DNA from: an uncultured Verrucomicrobiae bacterium
GTDB taxonomy: Bacteria > Verrucomicrobiota > Verrucomicrobiia > Chthoniobacterales > UBA10450
Direction: 5' to 3'
Length of the DNA: 64,000 nt
Assembly: GCA_963772365.1 (NCBI GenBank)
Contig: CAVYXA010000003.1
Location: forward strand, 448,001 to 512,000
A model generated the notes under the pieces. It was not told the DNA's origin. It searched no databases and was given only the letters and a program-made list of their open reading frames with translations. Of this stretch, positions 38,658 to 48,358 are shown one piece after another. A program made the position numbers and the translations under genes. Every line of letters starts with the position of its first letter. Within the stretch, counting starts at the first letter, position 1.

Positions 38658-41000
38658 TTAAAATTCCACTGACACCCCGCCGTAACCCGAGATACGTGGC
38701 GCTGGTTCGATGCTCCCGTTGAAAAAGACGCGCGAGTAATATTTTTCGTCGGTCAGGTTAGAAATTCCGGCAATCAAACGGGCGTGTTTGGTAAAGTACC
38801 ATTCGCCGGAAAGATTGAGCACCTTGTAATCATCGAGTTTGGCCGGCGTGACTCCAGTCGGAGTAATAGCCGGCGTGTTTGCATCCGACCAAAATTGTTC
38901 GGTCACGTACACCGCGGAAAGAGTGACATTAAAACAGCGCTCTTTGCCGAAAGTGATTCCGCCTTTCCAAAGTAAATCGGGCGCGAAGGCGGGTGTCTTG
39001 CCAACTTGATCCGGAATCATGCTGTCGGTGAACTCGGCATCGAGAAATTGCACGTTGCTAAAGAAAATCAGGCGCCATGGCCGGAATTCTTCGGCCGAGA
39101 CACCCGGGACCGCTACATTTTTTACATTCTTATCGACAACGTCTTTGCCAGGCTCAGGTAGGGGCGTAGCGACAGGCGGATGCTGATATCGAGCGAGGAA
39201 GTCATAAGAAACCTCGCCTTCGAAACCCCGGTGCCGTGTGCTGCCAGTATTTACGATGATGACTTCAGTGTTACTGATATTTCGGCTCTCCGTGCGGTTA
39301 TCGAATTCCATCCAAAACGCGCCAACATCGTACCAAAAGCCTTGCAATGGTGTTCCATGCACACCGAGCTCAAGATCGAGCGACTCAAACGGGTCGGGAG
39401 CTTGACCCGCCGGCACCGCTCGGGAAGTGCTGGCAATATCGAAGAATCGAACCGGTCGCCACCCGGAAGAAGCACTGAAATAGGTCTCGTTGCGGTCCCC
39501 GAAGTCGTTACCCACACCAACTCCCCACAACGGGATAGTGCGGTCGGCGCTTCGGTTTACCGGCGCGCCCATCACAAACGGCGCGACCTGAGAATCCACT
39601 TCGACATTTTCGTGATCCAGACGGAATGAACCAACGAGGTGGAACTTACCGAGCCGGAAAAGGTTTTCGATAAAGAACGCCTGATAATCAGCGGTGCGGT
39701 CCTGATCCAGGGTTACATCGCTGGTGGTTTCGCCGCGAGGCGCGTCCAAATCCATGCTGCGATAGCGTTGGAACGGTGCATCGCCATGATAAATAAGGCC
39801 GCCAAAGGTCAGTGCACTGCCCTTGAACATGGTTTCTTCACCCCATCTCTTACGTACTCGCGCATCCACGCCGCCGTTGTTAAACGCTTCGTAACCCAGT
39901 GTAGTCGAGGTGGGAAACGCGCCGGTAATGGGATCAATGTTCGCGGCTGTGCGTGAGTCGATGTCCTGATGCGTGAACCAGCCTTTTACTTGAAGTAGCC
40001 AGCCGTCGCCGAGGTCATGTTCGTGTCGCAACACCGTGGTGTAGCGATCAACCCAATTATGATTGTAAGGCGTAGTGGAAATGCTGGGATCTCCCCAGAA
40101 CTGCTGAAAAGTCAGCCGTCCCGGATCGCCGCCATCGAATCGACTGAGGTGAAAATCCAAAGCGGTCAGTTGGGTCTCATCTGGGCGATAGCCCACATAC
40201 AGGTTCGATTGCCACAGATCATATTGGCTGTTATCGCGCTGGCCATCCGTGCGAACGTAGCCTTCATCGAGGCGAAATTCCACCGGACCGACCGCCTCCT
40301 GGACCACGTTATAAGTTGAATAAAGTCCGTAAGCGCCGCCGATTTGCTCGGTATAGAAATCCCAGGGAGATCCAGGAGCCGGATGTTTCATGACATAGTT
40401 CACTGCGGGTGCCGGCTCAGGTCCATAAATCAAACTGCTGCCGCCACGGATGAGTTGAATCTCGCTCACACTTTGCGGTAGAGGCAGATAGTAAAGCGTG
40501 GGAAAACCGATCCAATCACTCATCAGCGGTAATCCATCCTGCAAAACGAGGATGAATTCCGATTCCTGCGGATTACCAAGACCGCGATAGCTGAAATTAA
40601 ACTGTCCGGGATTATGCTGCTCGGTGATCAGAAGCCCGGGCGCTTTGGTGAATTCTTCCTGCAAGTTATTGTTTTCAAGCGGTGGCTGTTGCTCGAGTTT
40701 AATCGTTGTCGCTTTTTTCGTGACGGTGATCTGGGTCCCCGAAATCTCGGGCATCATGTGTTGGCGCATCTCGCGCCAATTATCGTGAGGCGTAGGTGAG
40801 GGAACGGCTTCGCCTGTGACAACGATCTCTTCTGCACCGGCAGGCGCTTGCGCCGCAGCGCGGTTTGAACTCAATAAATTAAAGACAGCGCATGAGACCA
40901 AAAGAAGCCATGCAGCCGCATCAAAAGAAGACCTAGAAATCAGTATGGCCCGATCATTACAAAATTGCAACGAATCGGGCAGGAGAAAACTTTTACCCAA
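38658..41000 (-). CDS. TonB-dependent receptor (FecA-like); true start probably downstream of 40956
   Basis: TonB box EEIVVTG, plug SYRG..QDG..IRGG.S..YG, C-terminal NLTDEKYYSR..EPAPR..YGGVSVEF. Confidence 0.9.
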   Translation of the reverse strand: MGKSFLLPDSLQFCNDRAILISRSSFDAAAWLLLVSCAVFNLLSSNRAAAQAPAGAEEIVVTGEAVPSPTPHDNWREMRQHMMPEISGTQITVTKKATTIKLEQQPPLENNNLQEEFTKAPGLLITEQHNPGQFNFSYRGLGNPQESEFILVLQDGLPLMSDWIGFPTLYYLPLPQSVSEIQLIRGGSSLIYGPEPAPAVNYVMKHPAPGSPWDFYTEQIGGAYGLYSTYNVVQEAVGPVEFRLDEGYVRTDGQRDNSQYDLWQSNLYVGYRPDETQLTALDFHLSRFDGGDPGRLTFQQFWGDPSISTTPYNHNWVDRYTTVLRHEHDLGDGWLLQVKGWFTHQDIDSRTAANIDPITGAFPTSTTLGYEAFNNGGVDARVRKRWGEETMFKGSALTFGGLIYHGDAPFQRYRSMDLDAPRGETTSDVTLDQDRTADYQAFFIENLFRLGKFHLVGSFRLDHENVEVDSQVAPFVMGAPVNRSADRTIPLWGVGVGNDFGDRNETYFSASSGWRPVRFFDIASTSRAVPAGQAPDPFESLDLELGVHGTPLQGFWYDVGAFWMEFDNRTESRNISNTEVIIVNTGSTRHRGFEGEVSYDFLARYQHPPVATPLPEPGKDVVDKNVKNVAVPGVSAEEFRPWRLIFFSNVQFLDAEFTDSMIPDQVGKTPAFAPDLLWKGGITFGKERCFNVTLSAVYVTEQFWSDANTPAITPTGVTPAKLDDYKVLNLSGEWYFTKHARLIAGISNLTDEKYYSRVFFNGSIEPAPRISGYGGVSVEF
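40956..40971. promoter_or_regulatory. Imperfect second cop/cus-box ATTACA-AAAT-TGCAAC
   Basis: Same left half-site and spacing as 38415-38430; lies at the 5' end of the TonB receptor gene. Confidence 0.45.
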
Positions 41001-41043
41001 TCTGCTGTTTTTTCATGGGACGCTGGCTTTGTCGCCCAGACGA

Positions 41044-42435
41044 CTACGCCTGATTTGGCAATGACAACGTGACAGTTGTGCCGCGGCCGATCTCACTTTG
41101 GATATCGGCCGACCCATGGTGAAGATCGACAATCGATTTGACTAGTGACAGGCCGAGACCTGTGCCGCCGGAGCTGCGAGATGGATCGGCGCGATAAAAT
41201 CTATCGAAGACTCGCGGCAGATCTTCGGCTGAAATACCGCTGCCATTGTCGCTGACCGTGACAACGGATTTATCGGCACCGGCTGCAACGACGATTTGAA
41301 TGGCGCCGCCATTCGGCGTAAACCGCAACGCGTTATCCACGAGATTACTCACGGCGCGTTCAAACAGAACCGGATCAGCGAAAAAGTTGGCCTGGCCGCT
41401 GCATTGGATATTGATATGTCGATCTTCCGCGAGCGTTCGATAAAAAGCGGCGATCTTTTCGACAGCCATTCTCCCATCGAATTCCTTTTTTTGGGAAGGC
41501 TCGCGAGCCGCATCGGCTCGGGCAACAAACAGCAAATTATCTACGATTCCGGAGAGCCGCTCGCATTCTGCGATCATTGACTCGATGACTTCCCGGTACT
41601 CACTGGGAGAACGGTCGCGGGTCATCGTGACCTGCGCTTCGCCAAGGATATTCGCGAGCGGTGTACGTAGTTCGTGAGCAAGGTCGGCCGAGAACTGCGA
41701 GAGCCGGGTAAAGGATTGTTCCAGTCGATCGAGCATGCGATCGAAGGCATTGGCCAGTGGTTGAAGCTCGCGGGGCCAGCCGACCGGTGCGACCCGTTCA
41801 TCGAGATGAGTCGGCCCGATACGTTCCACGGAACGGGTCATTTCACCTAACGGATGCAGGCCGCGCTTTGTGACGGTAACAGCAACGAGAGCAGAAGCAG
41901 CAATGCCGCCCATCAGAACAATCAGGAGCAAGGCTCCGACTTCGATCTCGAGATCTTTGTCGCTGGAACGGTCCTGCGCGATTTGAAGGGTGTATTTCCC
42001 GCCAGCAGAGTCTTCATTGACTGTCACGAGCGAAAATAATCTTCCATGTCCCCTATAGTTCTTTGGAGCGCGAATAGCTGATGTCGACTTCGCCGGAAGT
42101 GGAAAAATGTTGCTGGGAGTGAACTGATTCATTCCGGGTGTCTCGGCGATTGTTTGACCGGTCGAATCGATAACTCGTATCCAGTAAGGCGTGTGCTGAC
42201 CTGCTCGATGAGCATTAACTTCTTCACTGAAGGCGCGCGGGCTACCTTCTGCGAAGTCAGCGCGCAGAGCCGTTACCTTGTCGATAAAGACGAGGTTGTC
42301 TTCGGCAAAGGCGTGGCGGATGACGATCCAGTAGAAAATACCGAGACCGCAGGAGAGAAGAAGAGCGGCAGAAACCGTAAAACGCAGGACGAGCCGCGAG
42401 GCGATGGAGCGCGCCCTAATGTGCTTTGAGGACAT
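41044..42435 (-). CDS. Heavy-metal sensor histidine kinase (CusS/CopS/CzcS-like)
   Basis: Two TM segments, HAMP (WPREL..LA.AF..ML.RL), FSADLAHELRTP, NLVDNA, FDRFYRAD, GTGLGL; ATG at 42435. Confidence 0.9.
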   Translation of the reverse strand: MSSKHIRARSIASRLVLRFTVSAALLLSCGLGIFYWIVIRHAFAEDNLVFIDKVTALRADFAEGSPRAFSEEVNAHRAGQHTPYWIRVIDSTGQTIAETPGMNQFTPSNIFPLPAKSTSAIRAPKNYRGHGRLFSLVTVNEDSAGGKYTLQIAQDRSSDKDLEIEVGALLLIVLMGGIAASALVAVTVTKRGLHPLGEMTRSVERIGPTHLDERVAPVGWPRELQPLANAFDRMLDRLEQSFTRLSQFSADLAHELRTPLANILGEAQVTMTRDRSPSEYREVIESMIAECERLSGIVDNLLFVARADAAREPSQKKEFDGRMAVEKIAAFYRTLAEDRHINIQCSGQANFFADPVLFERAVSNLVDNALRFTPNGGAIQIVVAAGADKSVVTVSDNGSGISAEDLPRVFDRFYRADPSRSSGGTGLGLSLVKSIVDLHHGSADIQSEIGRGTTVTLSLPNQA

Positions 42436-43087
42436 AACCCACGCCGCGAATGGTGTGGACCAGCTTGGTTTTGAACGGGTCGTCCACCTTGGCCCGCAAC
42501 CGTCGCACGACGACGTCCACCACGTTGGTGTCGGTCTTAAACCCGATGTCCCAAACGTGTTCGGCGATTTCTGTGCGGGAGACGACTTCGCCTGCAGAAC
42601 GAACCAGGTGTGCAAGTAACTTAAACTCCTTCGGTGTGAGATTGAGCGGAACTCCGGAACGAACCGCCGTATGCCGTTTTAAATCGAGGTCCAGATCGTC
42701 AATGCGCAGGTGGTCTTCCATTTGGGCAGGCGCGCGGCGCAACAGGGATCGGATCCGGGCCAGCAGTTCGGAAAAAGCGAACGGCTTAACGAGATAGTCG
42801 TCCGCGCCCAGCTCAAGACCCTTCACCCGGTCACGCACGCTGTCTCGAGCGGTGAGAAAGAGAATGGGTGTGCGGGATCCTTGCTGTCGTAGCTCTGACA
42901 CCACGGCCCAGCCATCCTTTTTTGGCAGCATGACATCGACAATGAGCAGCTCGAATTTTGTGGCGTTCGCGATTTGCAACGCTTCTTCGCCATCGTGCGC
43001 AAGATCGACATCAAAGCCGGCTTCGCGCAATCCTTTGGTGAGAAAAGCCGCCGTTTTCTTTTCGTCCTCGACCACTAAGACTCGCAT
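42416..43087 (-). CDS. Heavy-metal response regulator (CusR/CopR/CzcR-like)
   Basis: DVMLP, DRVKGLELGADDYLVKPFAFSELLAR, TNVVDV.VRRLRAKVDDPF, TIRGVGY. Confidence 0.92.
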   Translation of the reverse strand: MRVLVVEDEKKTAAFLTKGLREAGFDVDLAHDGEEALQIANATKFELLIVDVMLPKKDGWAVVSELRQQGSRTPILFLTARDSVRDRVKGLELGADDYLVKPFAFSELLARIRSLLRRAPAQMEDHLRIDDLDLDLKRHTAVRSGVPLNLTPKEFKLLAHLVRSAGEVVSRTEIAEHVWDIGFKTDTNVVDVVVRRLRAKVDDPFKTKLVHTIRGVGYVLKAH

Positions 43088-43102
43088 CGGTCTTGTGCGG
43101 TT

Positions 43103-43543
43103 TTACGAACTCTGATCGAGACGGGAAGGCGGAAGCGCAATCACCAATCCGGACAGCAGAAATGTGATCGCCGCAGAAAACAAACAGTAACGGCAATAGG
43201 CGTGCAGTAGAAATGCCTGGATGTAGAGAAACCAAAGCGTGGCGAGAAACATTGCGCCCACGGTGAGCGTGAGAAATGTCTTTGCACGGCGGTAACTAAA
43301 AGCGGCAAGCGTGGCAAAACTGAAGACAGAGAAATAGGCCAGCACGCCGAAAGCCGCTACCGGAATTCCCCCGACTCGCGAATAGCGGCTGCCCAACACT
43401 CGAAAACAATCCGGGGATCCGCCGCAGGAGAGAGTTTCGCCGGTGAGAGCCTGAACTGTGAGGGAAATCGCATCTGCCAAACCCGCCAGGGCAACGATTG
43501 CTGCCAGGACATAAAGCACAGTGCGAAATCGCGCGACGCTCAT
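43103..43543 (-). CDS. Vitamin K epoxide reductase (VKOR) family protein
   Basis: CGGSPDC loop, S.YS..GIPVA, active-site CRYC. Confidence 0.88.
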   Translation of the reverse strand: MSVARFRTVLYVLAAIVALAGLADAISLTVQALTGETLSCGGSPDCFRVLGSRYSRVGGIPVAAFGVLAYFSVFSFATLAAFSYRRAKTFLTLTVGAMFLATLWFLYIQAFLLHAYCRYCLFSAAITFLLSGLVIALPPSRLDQSS

Positions 43544-44211
43544 TTGCGTTCCGTTTTTTCCTTAATCGCTGCCTTGACCGTCTCGCGTAATCCTTCCGGA
43601 TTTCTCTTGGCAGCTTCGAGCTCGCGATTGTTCACAAAGAGAGTTGGCGTGCTTTTAATCCCGAGTTCGCGACCACGTTCCTGATCCGATTTTATCCGCT
43701 CCTTGGCCTGCTGCCCTTCCATATCTTTTTTGAATTGATCGAGATTCAGGCCGATGGTTCCGGCATAAGCGAGGAACAACTCCATTGGATCTGCAGCTTT
43801 GGTCCAAGTGTCCTGCTCGCGATACAACACATCGTGCATCTCCCAAAAGTGACCCTGGAGTCCAGCTGCTTCAGCTGCCAGCGCTGCTTCACGCGCGTGC
43901 TTGTGCATCTCGAGCGGGAAGTTTCGAAAAACCAGGCGAACGTTCGGCTTGTCCTCTTTTACAACCTCGTCAAGGAAAGGTGAAATCGATCCACAGGGCG
44001 GGCACTGGAAGTCGCCGAATTCTTCCAGGGTCACGGGCGCATCGGGATTACCTCGAAGGTGCATCGAGCCAGTATCGCCTTTGCCGGGCACGGCCTTGTC
44101 TTCTGGAACGGTGAGAAGATGCGGGCGCTTGCTCTGGTAGAGCATCGCTCCACCTCCGACTGCTGCGGCCGCCACGAGAATGATTATGACGAAAGGGATG
44201 TAACGCTTCAT
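43540..44211 (-). CDS. DsbA-family thiol-disulfide oxidoreductase
   Basis: GNPDAPVTLEEFGDFQCPPC, FRNFPL, cis-Pro STPT; ATG at 44211. Confidence 0.9.
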   Translation of the reverse strand: MKRYIPFVIIILVAAAAVGGGAMLYQSKRPHLLTVPEDKAVPGKGDTGSMHLRGNPDAPVTLEEFGDFQCPPCGSISPFLDEVVKEDKPNVRLVFRNFPLEMHKHAREAALAAEAAGLQGHFWEMHDVLYREQDTWTKAADPMELFLAYAGTIGLNLDQFKKDMEGQQAKERIKSDQERGRELGIKSTPTLFVNNRELEAAKRNPEGLRETVKAAIKEKTERK

Positions 44212-44342
44212 AGGCTCACGAGAGCCGAAAAGCTTCAGCGCAACTGCTGATTCGTCAAATCGATCCGTCATGGCCGCCGCGGGGGGTGAGCCCGGCGGCC
44301 ATTATAGAACCGTCGTTTTGCAGTCGCTGCTTGTGTTGAAAA

Positions 44343-47300
44343 TCACGGCAACCCCGTGCCGACTTTCGATTTGATGAGCGAAATATCCGAACTGTTAATA
44401 TTGCCATCAGCGGTGACGTCCTCGCGGAAGTTACCGATGGTGACTTGCTGGCCAGTTTGTCCTTTGGCCTGGCTGATGTCGCTGGAATTTACCGCGCCAT
44501 TGTTCGTGCTATCGCCGATGAGAAGGTCAAATCGGGCGGGGACATTGTTCAAGCTAGCATCTCCGTCGCTTCCGCCGATGTTGTCGTTGTGAACGGGCAC
44601 ACCGTTGAGCGTTACGATATGGCGTTGCGCGTTTGGCACACCGGTCAGGGTTACGCTGTATTGGTTCGTGTCCGGCCCCGGCCCGTGACTGGCGACGGTA
44701 CCGCCGTTGGTGATCATTACGTCTGATGCCTGTCCGGTGACGGTGAACTCAGTGCCAAACGTGTAGATGATCGTATATGCGCTGCCCTCAAGACGACATT
44801 CAATGTCTGCTGAGCCATCCGGTTTCAGAAGATCGACATCAAAGGGGCCTGAGTTGCCGTGAGCTTTTCGAGAAACGACATCGTCCAGCGGTAGTTCCAC
44901 TTCAATTTCCACTATGGCGACATTGCTGCTGGTGGCTCCATGGCTATCGGTCACGGTGAGTCGGGCCGCGAAATGGCCATTGCTCATATACGTGTGATCA
45001 ATGGCGGCACCTGCCTGAGTCACTGGTGGTGTGCCGTCACCAAAATCGAACGTATAAGAGGCAATTGAATCTCCGGGATCTGGATCGCTGGAGGCAGAGC
45101 CGTCAAAATGAATTGCCAAAGGTGGATCGCCCTGGGGCGGCGTCCCGGGAGGCGAACCCACGGGGTAGGCGCTGAGCGCCGCAATCGGCGGCGTGTTTTG
45201 AGCGCACGAATCATTGCCGACAACGCCGTACATTCCCGACGGCGCCAGGCTGTCCGGCATGTTGTCGGGCGTGAGTGCGCCGACCACGGGAACTTCAGCG
45301 CGCACGCGAAGAAGGAAGCCGGTTAGGTGATCTCCTATTCCAGGAGCGCCGATGACGCTTCGGGGTACGACGATGGTAATTGTTCCGTCAGCGCTAAATG
45401 CGCTCGCCGCGTCGGCATTTCCCAATACGGTATCTGGAGCGCCGTAAGCGCCGCCCGTACCACCCGTCGGGTTAAAGGTGCCATAGCGAAAGACCGGTGC
45501 TGCAGGGCTGCCGCCATCGACTAATCTGGTGCTCATGTCCACCCAATACCCGAGCCCGGTCCCTCCGTTAATCAGGAACTGGACGGGCCAACGCGTCTCG
45601 GACGGCGGAAGGCCGCCGACAAAGCTTTCGACCTTGATTGTGACCACTAATTTGTCCGGTGCGAAAGCGAACGGCTCGGCGATGGAAAGCTTCCGCAAAT
45701 CCCAACCATCATTCGTGTTTACACCAATCGGCACAACGATATCGCCCGATGGATCTGTCAAAATCGTTAGCCCGGGCAATAGGCAGGGTGTCTCACCGCT
45801 CGTTGCACTGCTGATCGGAAATTCGCCGCACGTGGCGCTTTCACCCACAGCATTTATCGCTGAAATCTTATAGAAATAGTCTGTGTCGGCGACTGTGGTT
45901 GTATCGTCGTAACTGGTTCTGCAGTCCGGGCAACCAGTGGTGATCGTTGCAATTGGTGCTCCGTATGTTCCCGGATCGGTGCGTCGGTAAACATTATAGC
46001 CTGTAAGCGCAGAGCCTCCATTGTCCGGCTGCGACCAAACAAGATGCACAATGTCGCCCGCAGTGCCGGTCACGCTTTCTACCCGAGGCGCACCCGGGGC
46101 GGTGGGATTGCAGATCAATGGATTTTCGGTGCAGTTGGCCTGCCCATCATATTGGCTCAACAAACGAGGTCCGCCCGATTGACGAATCACGGTGGACAAG
46201 GCGCTGCGTGATTCATTATAAGGAGGATCGTGAGCAGCAGCCGTTTGCGCTGTGCAGTTCGGCCCAACGCAACCATCAGCATAGGCTGCTAGGACTCGTC
46301 CTTCGCTGTCGATCTGAATATCATTAAAGTCGAGTAGATTCCGATCGCTCCCGCAGGTTGTGCCGCCGGTGCAGATGGAACCGACTTGGACTGGATCGCC
46401 GTTTGTCGCATCGACCAGAGTATAGGTTTGACCGCGATCAACCGTCGTCGCGATGTAAAAGTACCACACGCCTCTGAATGAATTAATATCCTGATAACCA
46501 CCCTGGCCGGACGTGCCCAGAAATCCAAAAGCTGCCCGGTCGCCATCGCCAGCGACTACCTCTGGGAAGATAGCGTCCTGAATTATGCCCTGGCTAACAT
46601 CGACATCGTGCCACGTATCGCCGTGATCGGTGGAAACAGCGATGTGCGGGTGATTGTCGCTGTTCTGATAACCCACATACAACGTATTGTCGGATCCAAT
46701 GCCTACTGATGGATCGGTGTCGCCAGCTCCGGCGGTGTAACCCCCTTCGTGAATCGTTTTGACCGTCCAGGTCAATCCATTGTCGGTAGAAACGGCAACG
46801 CTGGCACCGCCGTTGCAACTCTTGTTCGGTACATAGACGGTCCCATCGGGACCGACTTTAACGTGGCCATGCAGGCCGCCGCATTGCGAAAGATTCCACA
46901 TGGGAATGCCGGGCCCGAAAGTCAGCCCGCCATCATCACTACGCGCGGCGAAAGCAGTTCCGATATCCTGCGAAGCATAATAGATTTGGTGTGGATAGAG
47001 CGGATGGGGTGGCGGAGGAGGGAATGCCGCTTCATTGTACGGTCCGCCTCCTAGTGTTTGATGATCTACGCCGGCCGGCTGCCCGGATCCTTGCGATTGC
47101 GTCCACGGTTGAGTATTTCCATCGTCATCGGAATACGACGTGATGCTGGTGGCGCCGGCCAACTGCGACTGGAATACGCGACCCAAGCCCGCGCCGGATT
47201 CGCCCGGATATTGATGATCGACGAAGCCTATTGGATCAAGCGTCTCGATTCCTTCGCTAATGTTCGTCACATCCTCCCAGTTATTCTTGGCCGGCGAGGA

Positions 47301-48128
47301 GCAGTCATCGAAATTCACTCGGAACTCGTTCAGATTGGCCGTGAAAAATGCAACTCCACCGGTATTCAGGTTAATGTTGTTCATCGGTGGCATTCCCGGA
47401 GTCGGTGGATTAGGTCCGTTCTTGAGTGAGGGCACGTTCGGATTCCAATCGATCCCAATGGAAGGTTCGCCCGCACTGTCCGCGCCGGAAAGATTCACCG
47501 GATTCGGCGGATAATTCTCGTAGCGTTGCGGTGGCGCCGTGCCCGGAGGAGGTGCCGGCGTCGCATCTTCCAAGGTGACCGTAGCCGTGTAACTCTGACC
47601 CGCGGGAGCAAACGGTATCGTACGGATCGTATAAGCTGCCGATTGCGCGGGTAAGACGATTACTTCGGGATCGGCGGAGGAAGCCGATGTCGCGACCACA
47701 TTGGCTCCTTGAAGGATATAAACATCGAAGTCAGCTGTTGAAATGGGCCAGCTCACACTAACGCGAACTTCCTTCGTTGGATCCGGATCGGGGCCGCCGG
47801 ACATATCCACCGTGAGTGCAAAGTCGCTGCACGACATTGGTACGGTACATATCGGATCGCCTGCTTGCCCCGTTAGATTTGGAACAACAAATGGACCATC
47901 AGTGTAGCTCAGTGTGGGATTCCCCAGAGAAACCGTTCCGCTTGGAGGCATTGGCGCTTGGGGTCTTGCGGCTGGTTTGGCTAATTGAGGCTGCCGCGCT
48001 TTTCCGTCGGCCCGTTGCACACCAGCGAAACTGGCCACAGCCAGCAAAATGCCGGCCATACATAAGAGGCCTGCGGAAAGAACGCGTGAATTGAAGAAGG
48101 CGGATTGAGATGTGATCTTCTTTTGCAT
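44343..48128 (-). CDS. Large secreted protein: BNR/sialidase-like propeller, FN3, PKD and C-terminal dockerin-like domain
   Basis: Repeated SxDxGxTW/F boxes, FN3 (WSQPDNGGSALTGYNVYR), PKD (FDGSAS.DPD..YTFDFGDG), duplicated GDSTNNGAVNSSDI / DVTADGNINSSDI. Confidence 0.8.
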   Translation of the reverse strand: MQKKITSQSAFFNSRVLSAGLLCMAGILLAVASFAGVQRADGKARQPQLAKPAARPQAPMPPSGTVSLGNPTLSYTDGPFVVPNLTGQAGDPICTVPMSCSDFALTVDMSGGPDPDPTKEVRVSVSWPISTADFDVYILQGANVVATSASSADPEVIVLPAQSAAYTIRTIPFAPAGQSYTATVTLEDATPAPPPGTAPPQRYENYPPNPVNLSGADSAGEPSIGIDWNPNVPSLKNGPNPPTPGMPPMNNINLNTGGVAFFTANLNEFRVNFDDCSSPAKNNWEDVTNISEGIETLDPIGFVDHQYPGESGAGLGRVFQSQLAGATSITSYSDDDGNTQPWTQSQGSGQPAGVDHQTLGGGPYNEAAFPPPPPHPLYPHQIYYASQDIGTAFAARSDDGGLTFGPGIPMWNLSQCGGLHGHVKVGPDGTVYVPNKSCNGGASVAVSTDNGLTWTVKTIHEGGYTAGAGDTDPSVGIGSDNTLYVGYQNSDNHPHIAVSTDHGDTWHDVDVSQGIIQDAIFPEVVAGDGDRAAFGFLGTSGQGGYQDINSFRGVWYFYIATTVDRGQTYTLVDATNGDPVQVGSICTGGTTCGSDRNLLDFNDIQIDSEGRVLAAYADGCVGPNCTAQTAAAHDPPYNESRSALSTVIRQSGGPRLLSQYDGQANCTENPLICNPTAPGAPRVESVTGTAGDIVHLVWSQPDNGGSALTGYNVYRRTDPGTYGAPIATITTGCPDCRTSYDDTTTVADTDYFYKISAINAVGESATCGEFPISSATSGETPCLLPGLTILTDPSGDIVVPIGVNTNDGWDLRKLSIAEPFAFAPDKLVVTIKVESFVGGLPPSETRWPVQFLINGGTGLGYWVDMSTRLVDGGSPAAPVFRYGTFNPTGGTGGAYGAPDTVLGNADAASAFSADGTITIVVPRSVIGAPGIGDHLTGFLLRVRAEVPVVGALTPDNMPDSLAPSGMYGVVGNDSCAQNTPPIAALSAYPVGSPPGTPPQGDPPLAIHFDGSASSDPDPGDSIASYTFDFGDGTPPVTQAGAAIDHTYMSNGHFAARLTVTDSHGATSSNVAIVEIEVELPLDDVVSRKAHGNSGPFDVDLLKPDGSADIECRLEGSAYTIIYTFGTEFTVTGQASDVMITNGGTVASHGPGPDTNQYSVTLTGVPNAQRHIVTLNGVPVHNDNIGGSDGDASLNNVPARFDLLIGDSTNNGAVNSSDISQAKGQTGQQVTIGNFREDVTADGNINSSDISLIKSKVGTGLP

Positions 48129-48358
48129 AGTTTCTCCTAACAACATGCTGTTAATCGGACGGGCCTCGATTAAGGTCGTATCATTAGACGATTTTCTTTC
48201 CCGCGAGTAAAGCGCAAAACTGCTTAGGATTCAGAATTTACCGTCGGCCCTTTACGTAACGAAACCGGTGCAAGTTATTAGGTTCGTTGTCCGTCCGTTG
48301 ATTTGCGCCGCGCTGGATGCTACGTAGCCTCGGTCCGACGCCGGACCGGCATTTCGCC

